Origin: Eledone cirrhosa
Taxonomy: Eukaryota
Length of the DNA: 64,000 nucleotides
Direction of reading: 5' to 3'
NCBI GenBank assembly: GCA_964016885.1
Contig: OZ024743.1
Location: 60,698,001-60,762,000, forward strand
Positions 26,112 to 39,328 of the stretch are shown here, piece after piece. Each line of letters begins with the position of its first letter. Positions within the stretch are counted from its first letter, which is position 1. The notes under the pieces were generated by a model. The model was not told where the DNA came from and did not search any database. It saw only the letters and a list, made by a program, of their open reading frames with translations. The position numbers and the translations under genes are program-made.

Positions 26112-27890
26112 TAATATATATATATATATACATATATACACGTATATACATATATATATACATATATACACGTATATATATGTGTGTGTGTGTATAATCA
26201 CCGATTACCAGCCTGTTGCCTGTGAAGGTGGTACTGGTGACTCGTGCGCTAAATTCCCAATTAATTGTACTTAAAATTACTTTTGGGTATTCATTCCTCT
26301 TTAACTATAACCATTTCTCAGTTTTGATTGTTATCCTCCCTGTAATATAACAATCTGGGAGGGAAGTAATTGTAGCGAAGGTCCATGGGGAAAATTCGTT
26401 TAAATAAACAGGGACATCGGTAGTGAAAAGATTAAGAACCACTGCCTTATATAGAGAGTTATCATAACAAGAGTATCATACACGCATTTACACTTTTCAT
26501 GAGTTTATGCTATTGAATAATCTTAACACAATGTCAGCCCCACTTCACTCTTTTTCTCTCTCTCCCTCTTTCTCTCACTCTCTCTCTCTCTCTCGCCTTT
26601 TCTCACTCACCATCTCCCCCCTCCCCATCCTCTCTCTCTCTCTCCCTCTTTCTCTCACTCTCTTGCCCTTTTCCAACTCATCCCCTCTCTCTATCTCGGT
26701 TTCTCTCCCATCTGTTTCATCTCTACCACTTGCTGTATTTGAATAGCAACGAAATTTTATTCTTCCATCTATTCCGGTACCTACTGCCGCATAACAGCCT
26801 CAACTAACACCATCCACCTAGACATCCCCCATTTACATTTACTATATTACAGTCCGAGGGAGCCTTTACTTGGTCGCTCGACGTGCTAAAAATAGCGATC
26901 AAATCTTCCTCAAATTACACCCGAATTTCTGAATACGAAAAAGTTTAATTAGAAAGCGTAGTTCCTTTTGCAAACATGAGGTCCATGATTTAATTCTATT
27001 GCGTGGCTTCTTGAGCAAGTAACTTTACCATAGCTTTGCGTTCAACCAATTCGGTACAGGGATATGTGTAAGACCATCTCTACATGTAATGCAAATGTCC
27101 AGTCGCGTTACATATTGTCACCCTGATTCGGCCCGGAAATTACGTTAAGGGTAAACGTTAATTCACGAGTTTGATGTTCAGTTCATCGAATAATAGATGG
27201 CTTATCAGACATTTCCTTTTAAAACCTGGGACAAGACAACAACAATTACACAACGGCTATATGATAACAATCAATCAATCCATCCCTGACCTGTTCGCCA
27301 TTACACGTGTGGTAGCTAGACTTTAAGTGATATTAGTGAAACCCAGTGGCTTATTGGTTAGGGTGTTCGGCTAACAATCGTAAGGTCGTCATTTGATTCC
27401 CAATGGCACCTTGTGCCCTTGAAGGTGCGTGTCTTAATGATTAACGTGTCCTGGGACTGATGGGAGAAAGCTATGTATTGTCATCCCAGGTGACCTAATC
27501 CTAATTATTGCAACAGATTGGAATCCGCTAAAACCATCCAAGAGCCAGGTTGAAGAGGCCACTTAGCTTTTCACCTTCTTGCATATCGTTGTCACAAGAA
27601 ACTTGTTACATAGATTCGTCCCAAAGACTTATTATATAGCCTTCTCAGAACAACCTTTTCACAGAACATGGCCACAAGAGCCTTCAGAGAGGCTTGTCAC
27701 AAGAAAAACAATTTTAATTGTCCTCCTCTATCGAAAAGGTTTATCACAATACCTAGTTGTGGTGTTTATATATGTACATGTTCATGTGTGTGTATGTGTG
27801 TGTGCGAGTGTATGTGAATGCGTATATGTATACACACATTCCCATACATTTTTAATAGATATCATTTTCAAAATTTATATCCAAAGCATA

Positions 27891-27968
27891 ATTGTTTTGT
27901 CTGACGAACGAGTTAGATGTTTCTGCAAGAATCATCTAGTTTCTCGAAACCTTCGGTAATTAAATAAT
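27891..27968 (+). ncRNA. Type I hammerhead (family f-related)
   Basis: attgttttgt-CTGACGA-acgagttagatg...catctagtttctc-GAAA-cc/ttc/gg-TA^-attaaataat. Confidence 0.7.
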
Positions 27969-27991
27969 TATATTGTCTTGTTTATTAAGTA

Positions 27992-28022
<31 letters not shown>

Positions 28023-28034
28023 GGAACCAGTAAG

Positions 28035-28128
28035 ACCCCGACAGCTGAGCTCAAGCCGTTTCGACGGCTAATTCTGGACTAAATGAAAATTTATCCTGGT
28101 ATTTAAATAGCCGATCTTCTCAAGGGGT
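28035..28128 (-). ncRNA. Type I hammerhead with U3:A8 core (family h), same strand as the PLE ORF
   Basis: Reverse complement of 30223-30316. Confidence 0.7.
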
Positions 28129-29297
28129 AATTCCATATATGGTCAAAGTGATTGTCAAAAATCAGTAGTAATTCTGTGGTTGCAAATTAGTAGGGGAGAT
28201 GGTGGCTAAACCTGCCAGTAGGAAAAAGAGGGGAGGGGGTAGAGTAGCCCCAATCAAGCGTTTGTAGTGCCAGCTACAGCTGGGCATGAGGTCAGTCAAA
28301 GAAGATACAGGGGAGGGGGAGGGGGAGGAAGTCGGAACGGTAGGTAGAACAATGGGGGGTAGAAATATATAGGAAAGAAAAAATACTGAGAGTGAAGAAA
28401 AGCAAATAAGTGTAAAGAAAAACAAATGAGTGTAAAGAAAAAAGTAAAGTAAATTAAATTCTACGACCTAGGTCTCTAGCTATTGTTAGTCTAGAATAAA
28501 TAAATAAAGAAAGAAAGAAAGAAGTAAAGAAAGAAATAAAGAAATAACGAAATAAGTAAAAGAACTAGGTGGGACGGAATAGGCGAGGACCCTTTTAAGA
28601 GGTATAAGTACGTAAATGATACGGTGACGGGTCAACAAAAGGGGCCAAAATACTAAAGAGACTACCACGAAATAAACAATAAAGGTTTCCATCCCGGGCG
28701 CAATTCCAGCAACCACCCAGTGCAGCAAAGTGAACTAATACGAGATAATAATTCTGAGTCCCGAGAAAAATATATACGAATGCTAACTCTAAAAGATCTA
28801 AAACAAGCTACATGAAAGTTCGTACGAAGTAAAGGTAGAATACGGAAGAATAAATTCAGAATCCACCCCGCCCAAAAGAAAAGCGAAGAAAGGAATACTG
28901 AAACGAAAAAATAAGGCATAAGTGCCACTAAGAAATATAGAGGGCACGGAGAATAGTGGGAGCGGTCGGAAAAAGGGGACAAGTATCCGGGGTCTAAACC
29001 AACTGCTATAAAGGGCGGAGTCCGCCAAATCTATCCTAGACTAGGGGAGGGGGTGGGGGTATTAAGGCTACAAGGGGCCAAAGGGCAGCCTCGGGTGGGC
29101 GAGAAAAGACACCGACAAAGGAGAAGAGCTGGGGTAGAAGGACTAAGGAGAGAGGGGGGAAGGAAGGAAATAAAGGAAGCGATAAAAGAATACAAAGAAG
29201 AGCTTACGTCTCCCTTGGCAAGCAGGGGTTACCCATTGCAAAATCGGCAAGTGGGGTGTTATAGCCCTAGTCTACCCCCCCCCCCCCCCCCCCCCCC

Positions 29298-29498
29298 GGG
29301 GTCATTATGGGGTTTGAGGGCGAGGTAAGTCCTACGCAATCTATGTTTACATGCAGTAACCAGTTCATCTTTCTTGTTTAGGAGTTGGTCCGTCGAAAAC
29401 AGCATTTGTAAAGTTTCCTCCGAGCATAAATTGCACGGACGGCGTCCTCCCGTGTAAGAATTGGCTCTGGACAGTAATCTCCAAGTGAGATCATAGGT
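29298..29498 (-). pseudogene. C-terminus of a Penelope-like GIY-YIG endonuclease domain (not in the ORF track)
   Basis: TYDLTWRLLSRANSYTGGRRPCNLCSEETLQMLFSTDQLLNKKDELVTACKHRLRR matches the PLE pattern W.IL..A..Y.....C.LC..E......LLNK..EL...C.H. Confidence 0.8.
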
Positions 29499-30222
29499 GA
29501 TTCTTCCGTATTCTACCTTTACTTCGTACGAACTTTCATGTAGCTTGTTTTAGATCTTTTAGAGTTAGCATTAGTATATATTTTTCTCGGGACTCAGAAT
29601 TATTATCTCGTATTAGTTCACTTTGCTGCACTGGGTGGTTGCTGGAATTGCGCCCGGGATGGAAACCTTTATTGTTTATTTCATGGTAGTCTCTTTAGTA
29701 TTTTGGCCCCTTTTGTTGACCCGTCACCGTATCATTTACGTACTTATACCTCTTAAAAGGGTCCTCGCCTATTCCGTCCCACCTAGTTCTTTTACTTATT
29801 TCGTTATTTCTTTATTTCTTTCTTTACTTCTTTCTTTATTTATTTATTTATTTATTCTAGACTAACAATAGCTAGAGACCTAGGTCGTAGAATTTAATTT
29901 ACTTTACTTTTTTCTTTACACTCATTTGTTTTTCTTTACACTTATTTGCTTTTCTTCACTCTCAGTATTTTTTCTTTCCTATATATTTCTACCCCCCATT
30001 GTTCTACCTACCGTTCCGACTTCCTCCCCCTCCCCCTCCCCTGTATCTTCTTTGACTGACCTCATGCCCAGCTGTAGCTGGCACTACAAACGCTTGATTG
30101 GGGCTACTCCACCCCCTCCCCTCTTTTTCCTACTGGCAGGTTTAGCCACCATCTCCCCTACTAATTTGCAACCACAGAATTACTACTGATTTTTGACAAT
30201 CACTTTGACCATATATGGAATT

Positions 30223-30316
30223 ACCCCTTGAGAAGATCGGCTATTTAAATACCAGGATAAATTTTCATTTAGTCCAGAATTAGCCGTCGAAACGGCTTGA
30301 GCTCAGCTGTCGGGGT
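30223..30316 (+). ncRNA. Type I hammerhead with U3:A8 core (family h)
   Basis: acccc-TTGAGAA-ga(t)cggcta...tagccgtc-GAAA-cggct/tgagctc/agctG-TC^-ggggt. Confidence 0.7.
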
Positions 30317-30407
30317 CTTACTGGTTCCTATTACCCACTCTACTACCTCAAGTATTGAATACTTTGGTGCGTTATGGTCCACCTGGTTCCTTACCACATT
30401 TCCTTCG

Positions 30408-30472
<65 letters not shown>

Positions 30473-31089
30473 TACGTATTTTGTATTTTGAGGGAGACGT
30501 GCAGTGAAAGTCCCCCTAGTCTTCATTAAGACATCTCTTTAGAAGAAGGTCACTGTGATGTAAAACTTGCGACTTCCTTTACATCCAATGATGTAGACCA
30601 GTTCTACGTTTTGGGTAAATGCATTCAATGTTCAGAGAGTGGCTTTTGCTCCGTGCAAAGCCTTTCCTTAATTAAAAATATTCAAGCGCAGGCATCGCTT
30701 GATATTTGACATCTTTTGCGTTGCATGACATTGCTGGCTTTGGGCTCTGAAACGGATAACGGAAAGGTCTGGCCCGGCAGATGTTACAGGGCACTACAGC
30801 CTAAGCCCGGTCGTCGTCCTGCTACTGCGAGTCCTTAGCAAGACTACAAAGCCACGCCCGTGTTGCTCGTGCTTAATTATCAAGCGATAGCATTAATCAA
30901 AATCGAGTTGCAGCCATCATGTATACATGTGCGTATATAAGTATATATCAGTCGATCGACAAGATCCAAGACCTCATTCGCTTAACAAATGGGGTAAAAC
31001 TTGTCAAATTGGACCGAGGAAACAATGTTTCTATTGGTCTTTCCAATCGCAAATCCAGATATCAGCCAAAAGGAGCAATAAACAATAAG

Positions 31090-31197
31090 AAATAAAGTGT
31101 CTTGCGCAAAGACATAACGCATCACCCGGTCCGGGAATCGAACTCACAATCTAACGATTACGAATCGAATTCCCTAACCACTAAGCCACGCGTCTTC
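31090..31197 (-). mobile_element. tRNA-derived SINE head (family 2)
   Basis: Reverse complement gcgtggcttagtggttaggg...gagttcgattcccggaccggg (A and B boxes). Confidence 0.75.
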
Positions 31198-31591
31198 ACA
31201 TGTATATGTTTTCTATGCTATAGATGAGGGTCACGTGAAAACCACTTTGTCAAACCGAAAATCATGAAGCAAGTGTGAAAATAACACAGAAGTGCTATTT
31301 ACACAGTTGTTTCACATGCTGTATGTGATATTTTGTAATAAATCTCTCTCTCGCCCCTCTCTCTCTCTCTCACCCTCTCTCACTCACTCACCCACTCTCT
31401 ATCTAGCTACTATCTATATACCTATCTTTCTATTAGTATCTTTTGCTGATTAAATGCAACCAACTGTGGCAATGCTGCAGCACAAACGTTTAATGTATTT
31501 AGTCGTTTCTTTTTTCTTTCATTCCTTTTTTTCTCAAGCTGGGTACTTACTTAGCCGAACCGCTACGTTAGGTGGAATTTATTAACGCAAG

Positions 31592-31670
<79 letters not shown>

Positions 31671-31937
31671 GGTGTCTGTGACCTATATATACACCGGTCA
31701 CAGACAGACAGAAACACACACGCACACATATATATATGTGTGTGTGTGTTTCCTTTTATACTCTCCCATACATTATTGCTTTAGAGATATGCTTCAACAT
31801 TAATTGGTGAAGTTCAATACTCAATTTCACAAACACATATCCACACAATTAGAAACACTTTCTATTTAACATGATACAGTAATGATGTATTCGTTTCTTT
31901 GAAGTCACCGATTGTAAGTTCATTCAACAACACCATC

Positions 31938-31979
<42 letters not shown>

Positions 31980-33219
31980 TTTTCCTTCTCTCTATCCTTC
32001 TCTCTCTCTCTATTTATGATGGTACCCAGAAAACACCGTATCTCGGGAACCTGTGCTCCAATTTACGAAAACTTGTTTTATTCCATTTGTATTTCCATTT
32101 CAGGCTCAACTTCCTTTCAAAGTAGTTCCCATTATGTGCCCTTTTGGCTGTATTACGTTACAGACAACCAAGCAAGCAAGCAATCACAGACTTTTAGTAG
32201 TATATAGATAGATATATCTCAAATAAAAAAAAAAACGGTTGAAATTGATATAAATATATCAAACATTAGCAGGAGATAATTTGCAAAGAATGTAAGAACA
32301 TATAATTACAAAATGCAGCATATTTAAATTTTGCAGAAACTTCAAATATAGATTCCTTTTATACTCTCCCATACATATTCCATTATTTCTTTAGAGATAT
32401 GTTTCAACATTAAATGGTGAAGTTCAATCGTCAATTTTGTATCATCGATGAGAGAGAAAATCGAACTATATGAACTTATACCTCAAAGACAAATAAAGGA
32501 CTGTCGAAAATGCATATGTGTGATTTAGTGAATTATTTTTGGCGGTATCATATGAACACGCGATGCACAGGCAAAGTGTATATATGAAATTTCATCGTTT
32601 TTTTTCTTTATATATATATATTTATATTATATTATATGCTGGTGGGTAACTATTTAAGGTAATGTAACTGGTAGATCTCGAACTATCCCGAGATAAGCAT
32701 CAACACGGGAGCGGATATTGTGAGAGAAGTGATTGAATTTTATCAGCTCCCATATCTCTCCACTCCGGGTTCTCCAGAAAACCTGAGATTGATACAAATA
32801 ATGTTTGGAAGACCATCTTAAGAGGCTGAATTGATACTATAGAACCTACACACTGCATTGTCGTCAAACCCATTGAAACATTTGTAATGGAAAATTTCCG
32901 AATAAATTGTCGTAAGAACCCGTTTTGCCTATTTATTCTTCACCATATATAATATTAATTTATATCTTCGAGGATGAATGTGTGTACACATTTACAAAGT
33001 TTTAGTATGTAGCCAGGTAAACATGCCAAATACTTATTTCCTTGTAAATTGAAAATATGATAAATACTTCTAACCGGTTCTCAAATCTAATTAGGCTTTC
33101 ATCAGAAGGCATGTATACCATCTAAATTAGCACAACGAAACACGTCACTGAGAGGTCTATATACCCTATAGTGTATAGTTGTGTCACTCAAACGGACGCA
33201 CTAATATCTATATATATGT

Positions 33220-33236
33220 AGAGAGAGAGTGAGAGA

Positions 33237-33279
<43 letters not shown>

Positions 33280-33283
33280 AGAA

Positions 33284-33327
<44 letters not shown>

Positions 33328-33346
33328 CGAGAGAAAGAGAGAAAAG

Positions 33347-33442
<96 letters not shown>

Positions 33443-33449
33443 AGAGAGA
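33220..33449. repeat. (GA)n tract
   Basis: Direct reading. Confidence 0.95.
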
Positions 33450-33615
33450 TCTGATGATGGATCCTCTGTCACCATCGACAATAAGCCTTCTGTTGTTCGC
33501 TGAACTGAACGTCCAACTCTCATGAATTTACGTTTACCCGTAGCGTAATTTCCGGGCCGAATCCAAAGCAGAATATGTAACGTCACTGCAGAGATGGTCT
33601 CACACATATCCGTCC

Positions 33616-33653
<38 letters not shown>

Positions 33654-33680
33654 ATGGACGGATATGTGTGAGACCATCTA

Positions 33681-33716
<36 letters not shown>

Positions 33717-33781
33717 GAAAATTGAACAGGGACAGAACAGAGAGGCAGTACGATAAATGTTTATTAAACATTTTTGACCTA

Positions 33782-33833
<52 letters not shown>

Positions 33834-33840
33834 TAGGTCA

Positions 33841-34056
33841 ACAACGGTTAGTTCACCATACCGAGAACAAATGTTTCACCTTATGCGGATGCTCAGCTCG
33901 GTCTGAATCTTTAGTTTCAGACCGAACTGAGGATCCGAATAAGGTGAAACATTTGTTCTTGGTATGGTGAACTAACTGTTGTGGAACTACTTCTACCAAA
34001 CTCGTCCCGTGGACTGAGTGCTCTACTACTACGGATTTAACCCTCCAGTGTTCTAT

Positions 34057-34060
<4 letters not shown>
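33841..34060. mobile_element. Fold-back HHR element (family i)
   Basis: Arms 33841-33907 / 33916-33982; relatives at 43608-43723 and 47198-47372. Confidence 0.75.
33921..33963 (+). ncRNA. Minimal type I hammerhead (family i), slightly decayed
   Basis: accgaa-CTGAGGA-tcc/gaata/aggt-GAAA-catttg-TT^-cttggt; mirror at 33860-33902 has CTGAGCA; copy at 47236-47278 decayed. Confidence 0.6.
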
Positions 34061-34102
<42 letters not shown>

Positions 34103-34109
34103 ATAATAA

Positions 34110-34225
34110 TTGTTTCTACGTTAGGCACAAGGCCACCAATTACCCAGTGTATTACTGGTACTTTATTTTATCGACCCCGTAAGGATGAAAGGAAAAGTTA
34201 ACCTCGGCGGGATTTGAACTCAGAA
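34110..34225 (-). mobile_element. SINE family 1, truncated
   Basis: Same core and tail as 22505-22625. Confidence 0.85.
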
Positions 34226-34345
34226 TGGCAAGAAATGTGAAGACTAAAATCCAAAGAGAGCTCAATAAGGATAAATATATATCAAATATATAAGATCTCG
34301 TTAAGGGTGAAAGCAGCGATTCTTTGCTTAAACTTTAATCTGTTA

Positions 34346-34388
<43 letters not shown>

Positions 34389-34399
34389 CTTTGAGTATG

Positions 34400-34782
34400 T
34401 GTTGGTTGTTTACCGACACTTCAGTATGCAGGTTAGAGCACTCGACGAGGTGCACAGGTGGGTCTGTTTACTCCAGAGTAATGTAAAAACAAGAGTTGTA
34501 AGCAACAGCTAAAACCAACCTCATCCATTCATATTCGCTGTCATACACACCTTGGTGATAACCACTATACAACAGCCACGACTCCACTGGGCAACCAGAA
34601 CCCGAACAGAAAAAACAGGAAAACACAATGTTGGAATAGTTTTGACCTTGTTAATTCGTTGAGATGTTCAGATCCTGTTCGGGTTTTGGCTGCCTGGCTG
34701 TTGAATACTGGTTATCACCGAAGTGTGTATGTCAGCGAATATGAATGGAAGAGCCTGGTTTTGACCTTTTGACTTACACTTT
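34400..34782. mobile_element. Decayed fold-back copy of HHR family c pLTR
   Basis: 34403-34480 is the reverse complement of ~36895-36973; internal inversion ~34515-34640 vs ~34675-34765. Confidence 0.6.
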
Positions 34783-34798
34783 TTGTTTATATATATAT

Positions 34799-34887
<89 letters not shown>

Positions 34888-35189
34888 TATATGTGAGTCC
34901 CGGGTATAATCTGGGGTAACCGAAGTAAGTAAGGTTCTCAATACATAATAGAGTATATACAAGATTTAATATACAAATGGCTTCTACATGACTAGAACTG
35001 TTTTTTCGAAGGAAATCATCAGGGATGTTAATGATTTCCTCGGATGAAACAGTTCTAGCCACATGTAGAAACGATTTCTATATTAAATCTTATATATATC
35101 CACACACACACATATATATATAATGATTTTCTACATTAAATCTTATATATATATATATATATAAGATTTTCTATATTAAATCATATATG

Positions 35190-35290
<101 letters not shown>

Positions 35291-35554
35291 ATGTATGTAT
35301 GTATATTGTTGTTAAGTTCTAACATTCGTGAATTATGTGAATCTGAATTGGAAAATCTCGTATAGACAATGCATCATTGTCCCAGTGGGTAGAATTAGAA
35401 AGGCTTTACTTCGGAGAATGGTCATCGCCCTCCAAATCGCAGTAAGGAGGTGGGTAGTTCCGGGACCAAGGAGTCTAGATCTTTCCACTGCTGTGGATGG
35501 AGAACGGTTTATAATTTAACAACATACGGTATTTTGCTTATTTTTTCTCTGTAG

Positions 35555-35676
35555 AAACTATTTACTTTACTATTGTTCATGTCAAACTGTGCAGTAAACA
35601 CAGTGATAATATTTCCTCTGCACAAGGAACGTCTTTCAGCTCTCTACCAACAGGCGTTGACCGAATGAATTTCAAG
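35555..35676 (+). other. Candidate host exon (122 bp)
   Basis: Polypyrimidine acceptor ttttttctctgtag and donor AAG|GTAAGC; one frame open; no recognisable protein. Confidence 0.3.
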
Positions 35677-35924
35677 GTAAGCAGTAGCTGCATCAATATT
35701 ACCAGTCCAACAACGCATGGAAAACACTGGGGACACTGACCTTATCATTAAACATGAATATGAAAACACTTACACACGCGCGCACACATCAAGAGATGTA
35801 TTTGCAAACTGACAGAGATATATCATAGTAAATACACAATCGTAAACATAGACAGTGAATCATTAATCTACACAAATATCCAGTCATCAAACACATTAAA
35901 TAGATATACAGTTATACATACATG

Positions 35925-35969
<45 letters not shown>

Positions 35970-35997
35970 GCATAAATATATATATATATACATACGC

Positions 35998-36067
<70 letters not shown>

Positions 36068-36107
36068 GCATATATATATGCATATATATGTACATATATG
36101 TATGTGT

Positions 36108-36148
<41 letters not shown>

Positions 36149-36778
36149 ATCGTAAATAGATAAACGTAATTAAAGACAGTATATCATTATTTTGCACAGA
36201 TAACCAGTCATCTATCACATTAAATAGATATGCAGTTACATATGTATACATATTCATGCCTATATGCTTGAAGCTTTTTATGTGAGGAAAGGCTTTGCAC
36301 GGGGCCAATCCCAATCTCTGAACATCAAATGCATTTACCCAAAAAGAAGAACTGATCTACGTCAATGGATGCAAATGAATTCGCAGGGTTTATATCAGAG
36401 GGACCTTCTCCTAGAAAGATGTCTTAATAGGACTAGGGGTCTCTCCCTCCACAAAAAAGCTTTATCTGATGGCCGTTGACTCTGCTGAGTTCCTCTGCCC
36501 TTTGACGGGTTTTTTTTCATCCCGCAGGCTGTCCAAAAAAAACCCCTCCTCACCAAGCAAGCTTGGTGGGATTGCCGGTTTAGTAGCCGATGACCCGACC
36601 ATGCACAGGCTGTATTGGGTTGCATGTTACCAGTATCGCTGAATAACGACCTGACATATAGATATGCCGAAATCATATGCCACCAATTCTTCGGGACTGG
36701 GTATATCAAAAGATCGAAATAACAGAGGCAAACGTTGTTCCATCATTAAGTTTTTCTGTTTTTTCTGTTCAAGTTCTA

Positions 36779-36837
36779 GCTGCCTGATGCGGACATAGCT
36801 GTTGAATAATGGTTATCACCGAAATATATATAACAGC
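36779..36837 (+). ncRNA. Hammerhead family c, A9 mutated
   Basis: gctgc-CTGATGC-ggacatagctgttg/aa/taatggttatcacc-GAAA-tatata-TA-acagc. Confidence 0.5.
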
Positions 36838-36982
36838 GAATATGATTAAACGAAGTTTACTTTAACCTGTTGACTTACACTTCTTGTTCATAAATTACTC
36901 CGGAGTAAACAGACCCACCTGCGCACTTCGTTGAGTGCTCTACCCTGCATACTGAAGTGTCGGTAAACAACCATCACATACT

Positions 36983-37020
<38 letters not shown>

Positions 37021-37063
37021 CAAGCATAAACACACATATATAAATGTATGTATGTCTACATAC

Positions 37064-37142
<79 letters not shown>

Positions 37143-37645
37143 AATATATATATATATTTATACGTGTGTGTGTATATGATGTGTATGAATATGTAATGAA
37201 TAGACAAGTAAGATGAAGTAATTTGAGATATTCTATTTATCTTACACATGTTTCAAGAGAGAGAGGGAGAGAGCGAGAGAGAGAGAGCTAATATGTGAAT
37301 CAGATATATATATATCATCCCATTCGACGTTTTATAAATCATGCCATTGAACCAACCCTGGATTTATTAACTTCGAAAGAAAATAAGGCTGGATATAAAT
37401 TCAGAATACAGAGAAGCATTCTAAAGGCTCTGTTATTTCACCACCTTTTTTCTATTTGATGTAGAACAATAATTGGCTGCTGATGTTGTTGTTAGCACCG
37501 TGTGTTGCACAGAAGCACTGATGAGATATCATGATTAAGCATTTTCATATGGCTCTAACAGGATAGATGTGCATGCGTGCACATACATATGCATACACAC
37601 TACATTACAAACACACACTCACACATACATACATACATACATATA

Positions 37646-37830
37646 TAGGAAAAAGTATGACCCCGACGGCAGAGCTCAAGCCGTTTCGACGGAGAAATAG
37701 CCGTCGAAACGGCTTGAGCTCTGCCGTCGGGATGATACTTTTTCCTATTAGCCACTCTACTACTTTAAGTATTGAGTACTCTGGTGCGTTATGGTCCATC
37801 TGGTTCCTTACCAGATTTCCTTCGTTATAT
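37646..37830. mobile_element. Fold-back fragment of HHR family h
   Basis: ccccgacggcagagctcaagccgtttcgacgg / ccgtcgaaacggcttgagctctgccgtcggg; axis ~37698. Confidence 0.8.
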
Positions 37831-38185
37831 ATATATATATATACATATATAGTATTAAGGATACTATTTATGGTTATGTATATAATAAAACCTTTTATGG
37901 TTATATATATTTAAACTCTAAATAGTGAGATTCTAATTTTAACTTTAATTTTGTCCTTTAATATGAATGTAACCTTTGTATGTAAATTGCCATGATATAT
38001 CATTATGATGGATGTCAACCCACTGTGGGTCAATATATACATATGTTTTTGCATGTCTCTTGTGTTGATAAGGAGGTCAAGTATGTGAAAAATCACTAAA
38101 TAGTTGCTCCGAAGAATCCAAACCTCGGTTTGGAGGAAACAATTGTAAGCAAATATATGATTTAAACTGAACTTTGATTCATCTA

Positions 38186-38233
<48 letters not shown>

Positions 38234-38240
38234 TGTAATT

Positions 38241-38318
<78 letters not shown>

Positions 38319-38366
38319 TTCCCTTTTTCGGATTATAATACTGTGAGAGCCGTGGTTTTCTGTTGA

Positions 38367-38447
38367 GCTCTGCTGATGAATGAAATCCAACCGTGACCAT
38401 CTCCACTGAAAGTTTTCATGAAATAGTCTTTTAAGACTATACAGAGC
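38367..38447 (+). ncRNA. Type I hammerhead (family j) copy 1
   Basis: gctctg-CTGATGA-atgaaat...gttttcat-GAAA-tagtctt/tt/aagacta-TA^-cagagc. Confidence 0.88.
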
Positions 38448-38997
38448 ATTTGATGTTATTCCAAATTGAAGGATAAGTGTTTTAAACTTTATTTTATCAT
38501 GAGTTAAAGGTCTATTGATTTTTCCCTGGATTGCACTAAATTCTGTGGATGAATTTGTATCCTGATTCTCTTTTGAGATGAGTTTGAATTATTTTTCCTA
38601 AATCTTACATTAACTACTTTTCCCATCTTGACGTTATAGTCGCATATATGTTATAGAATGCTGTTAGCTTCTCGCTAAAACAATCTCTATACCTCTCATT
38701 TATATTTATACTCGGATTCTTTTCCTAGAGTGCTTAAACTATCTGTGACTAATCCCGGTTTTTTTCATAAAAACTGTGATAATTATTGCTATTTTTGCTG
38801 AACTCTTTTTGTAGAGTTTTTTTTCAGAATGTATTTGACTGCTATTTCTTGTAAATAAACATTCACTTACATCCTGACGTCACTAGCCCCGTTTTTCCCC
38901 ATGTGCTTTTTCATATCTACACATGATGGCGAACTAGCCAGTTTTAGAATTCCCATTTTCGGATTATAATACTGTGAGAGCCCTGGTTTTCTGTTGA

Positions 38998-39078
38998 GCT
39001 CTGCTGATGAATGAAATCCAACCGTGACCATCTCCACTGAAAGTTTTCATGAAATAGTATTTTAAGACTATACAGAGC
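38998..39078 (+). ncRNA. Type I hammerhead (family j) copy 2
   Basis: As copy 1, with one stem III mismatch. Confidence 0.85.
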
Positions 39079-39328
39079 ATTTGATGTTATTCCAAATTGA
39101 AGGATAAGTGTTTTAAACTTTATTTTATCATGAGTTAAAGGTCTATTGATTTTTCCCTGGATTGCACTAAATTCTGTGGATGAATTTATATCCTGATTCT
39201 CTTTTGAGATGAGTTTGAATTATTTTTCCTAAATCTTACGTTAACTACTTTTCCCATCTTGACGTTATAGTCGCATATATGTTATAGAATGCTGTTAGCT
39301 TCTCGCTAAAACAATCTCTATACCTCTC

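Larger units (their letters stand above)
28021..30410 (-). mobile_element. Penelope-like element: ORF 3' end + pLTR with an inverted pLTR (~830-bp near-perfect arms) in (TA)n
   Basis: 28021-28851 is the reverse complement of 29500-30330; spacer holds a GIY-YIG C-terminal fragment. Confidence 0.9.

Noticed and set aside
29298-29498. Selenocysteine recoding, as reported for some Naiad PLEs
   Set aside because: All Cys codons in the fragment are TGC/TGT and no SECIS-like hairpin was recognised
28162-30189. Duplicated hydrophobic ORFs (87 aa and 80 aa) on opposite strands
   Set aside because: By-products of the T-rich inverted pLTR arms; no protein motifs
31090-31197. tRNA gene
   Set aside because: A and B boxes lead into a SINE body, and multiple diverged copies exist; a SINE head rather than a tRNA
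33451-33485. CTGATGA followed by a hairpin
   Set aside because: Followed by GACA rather than GAAA, the stem overlaps the core, and there is no stem I or III
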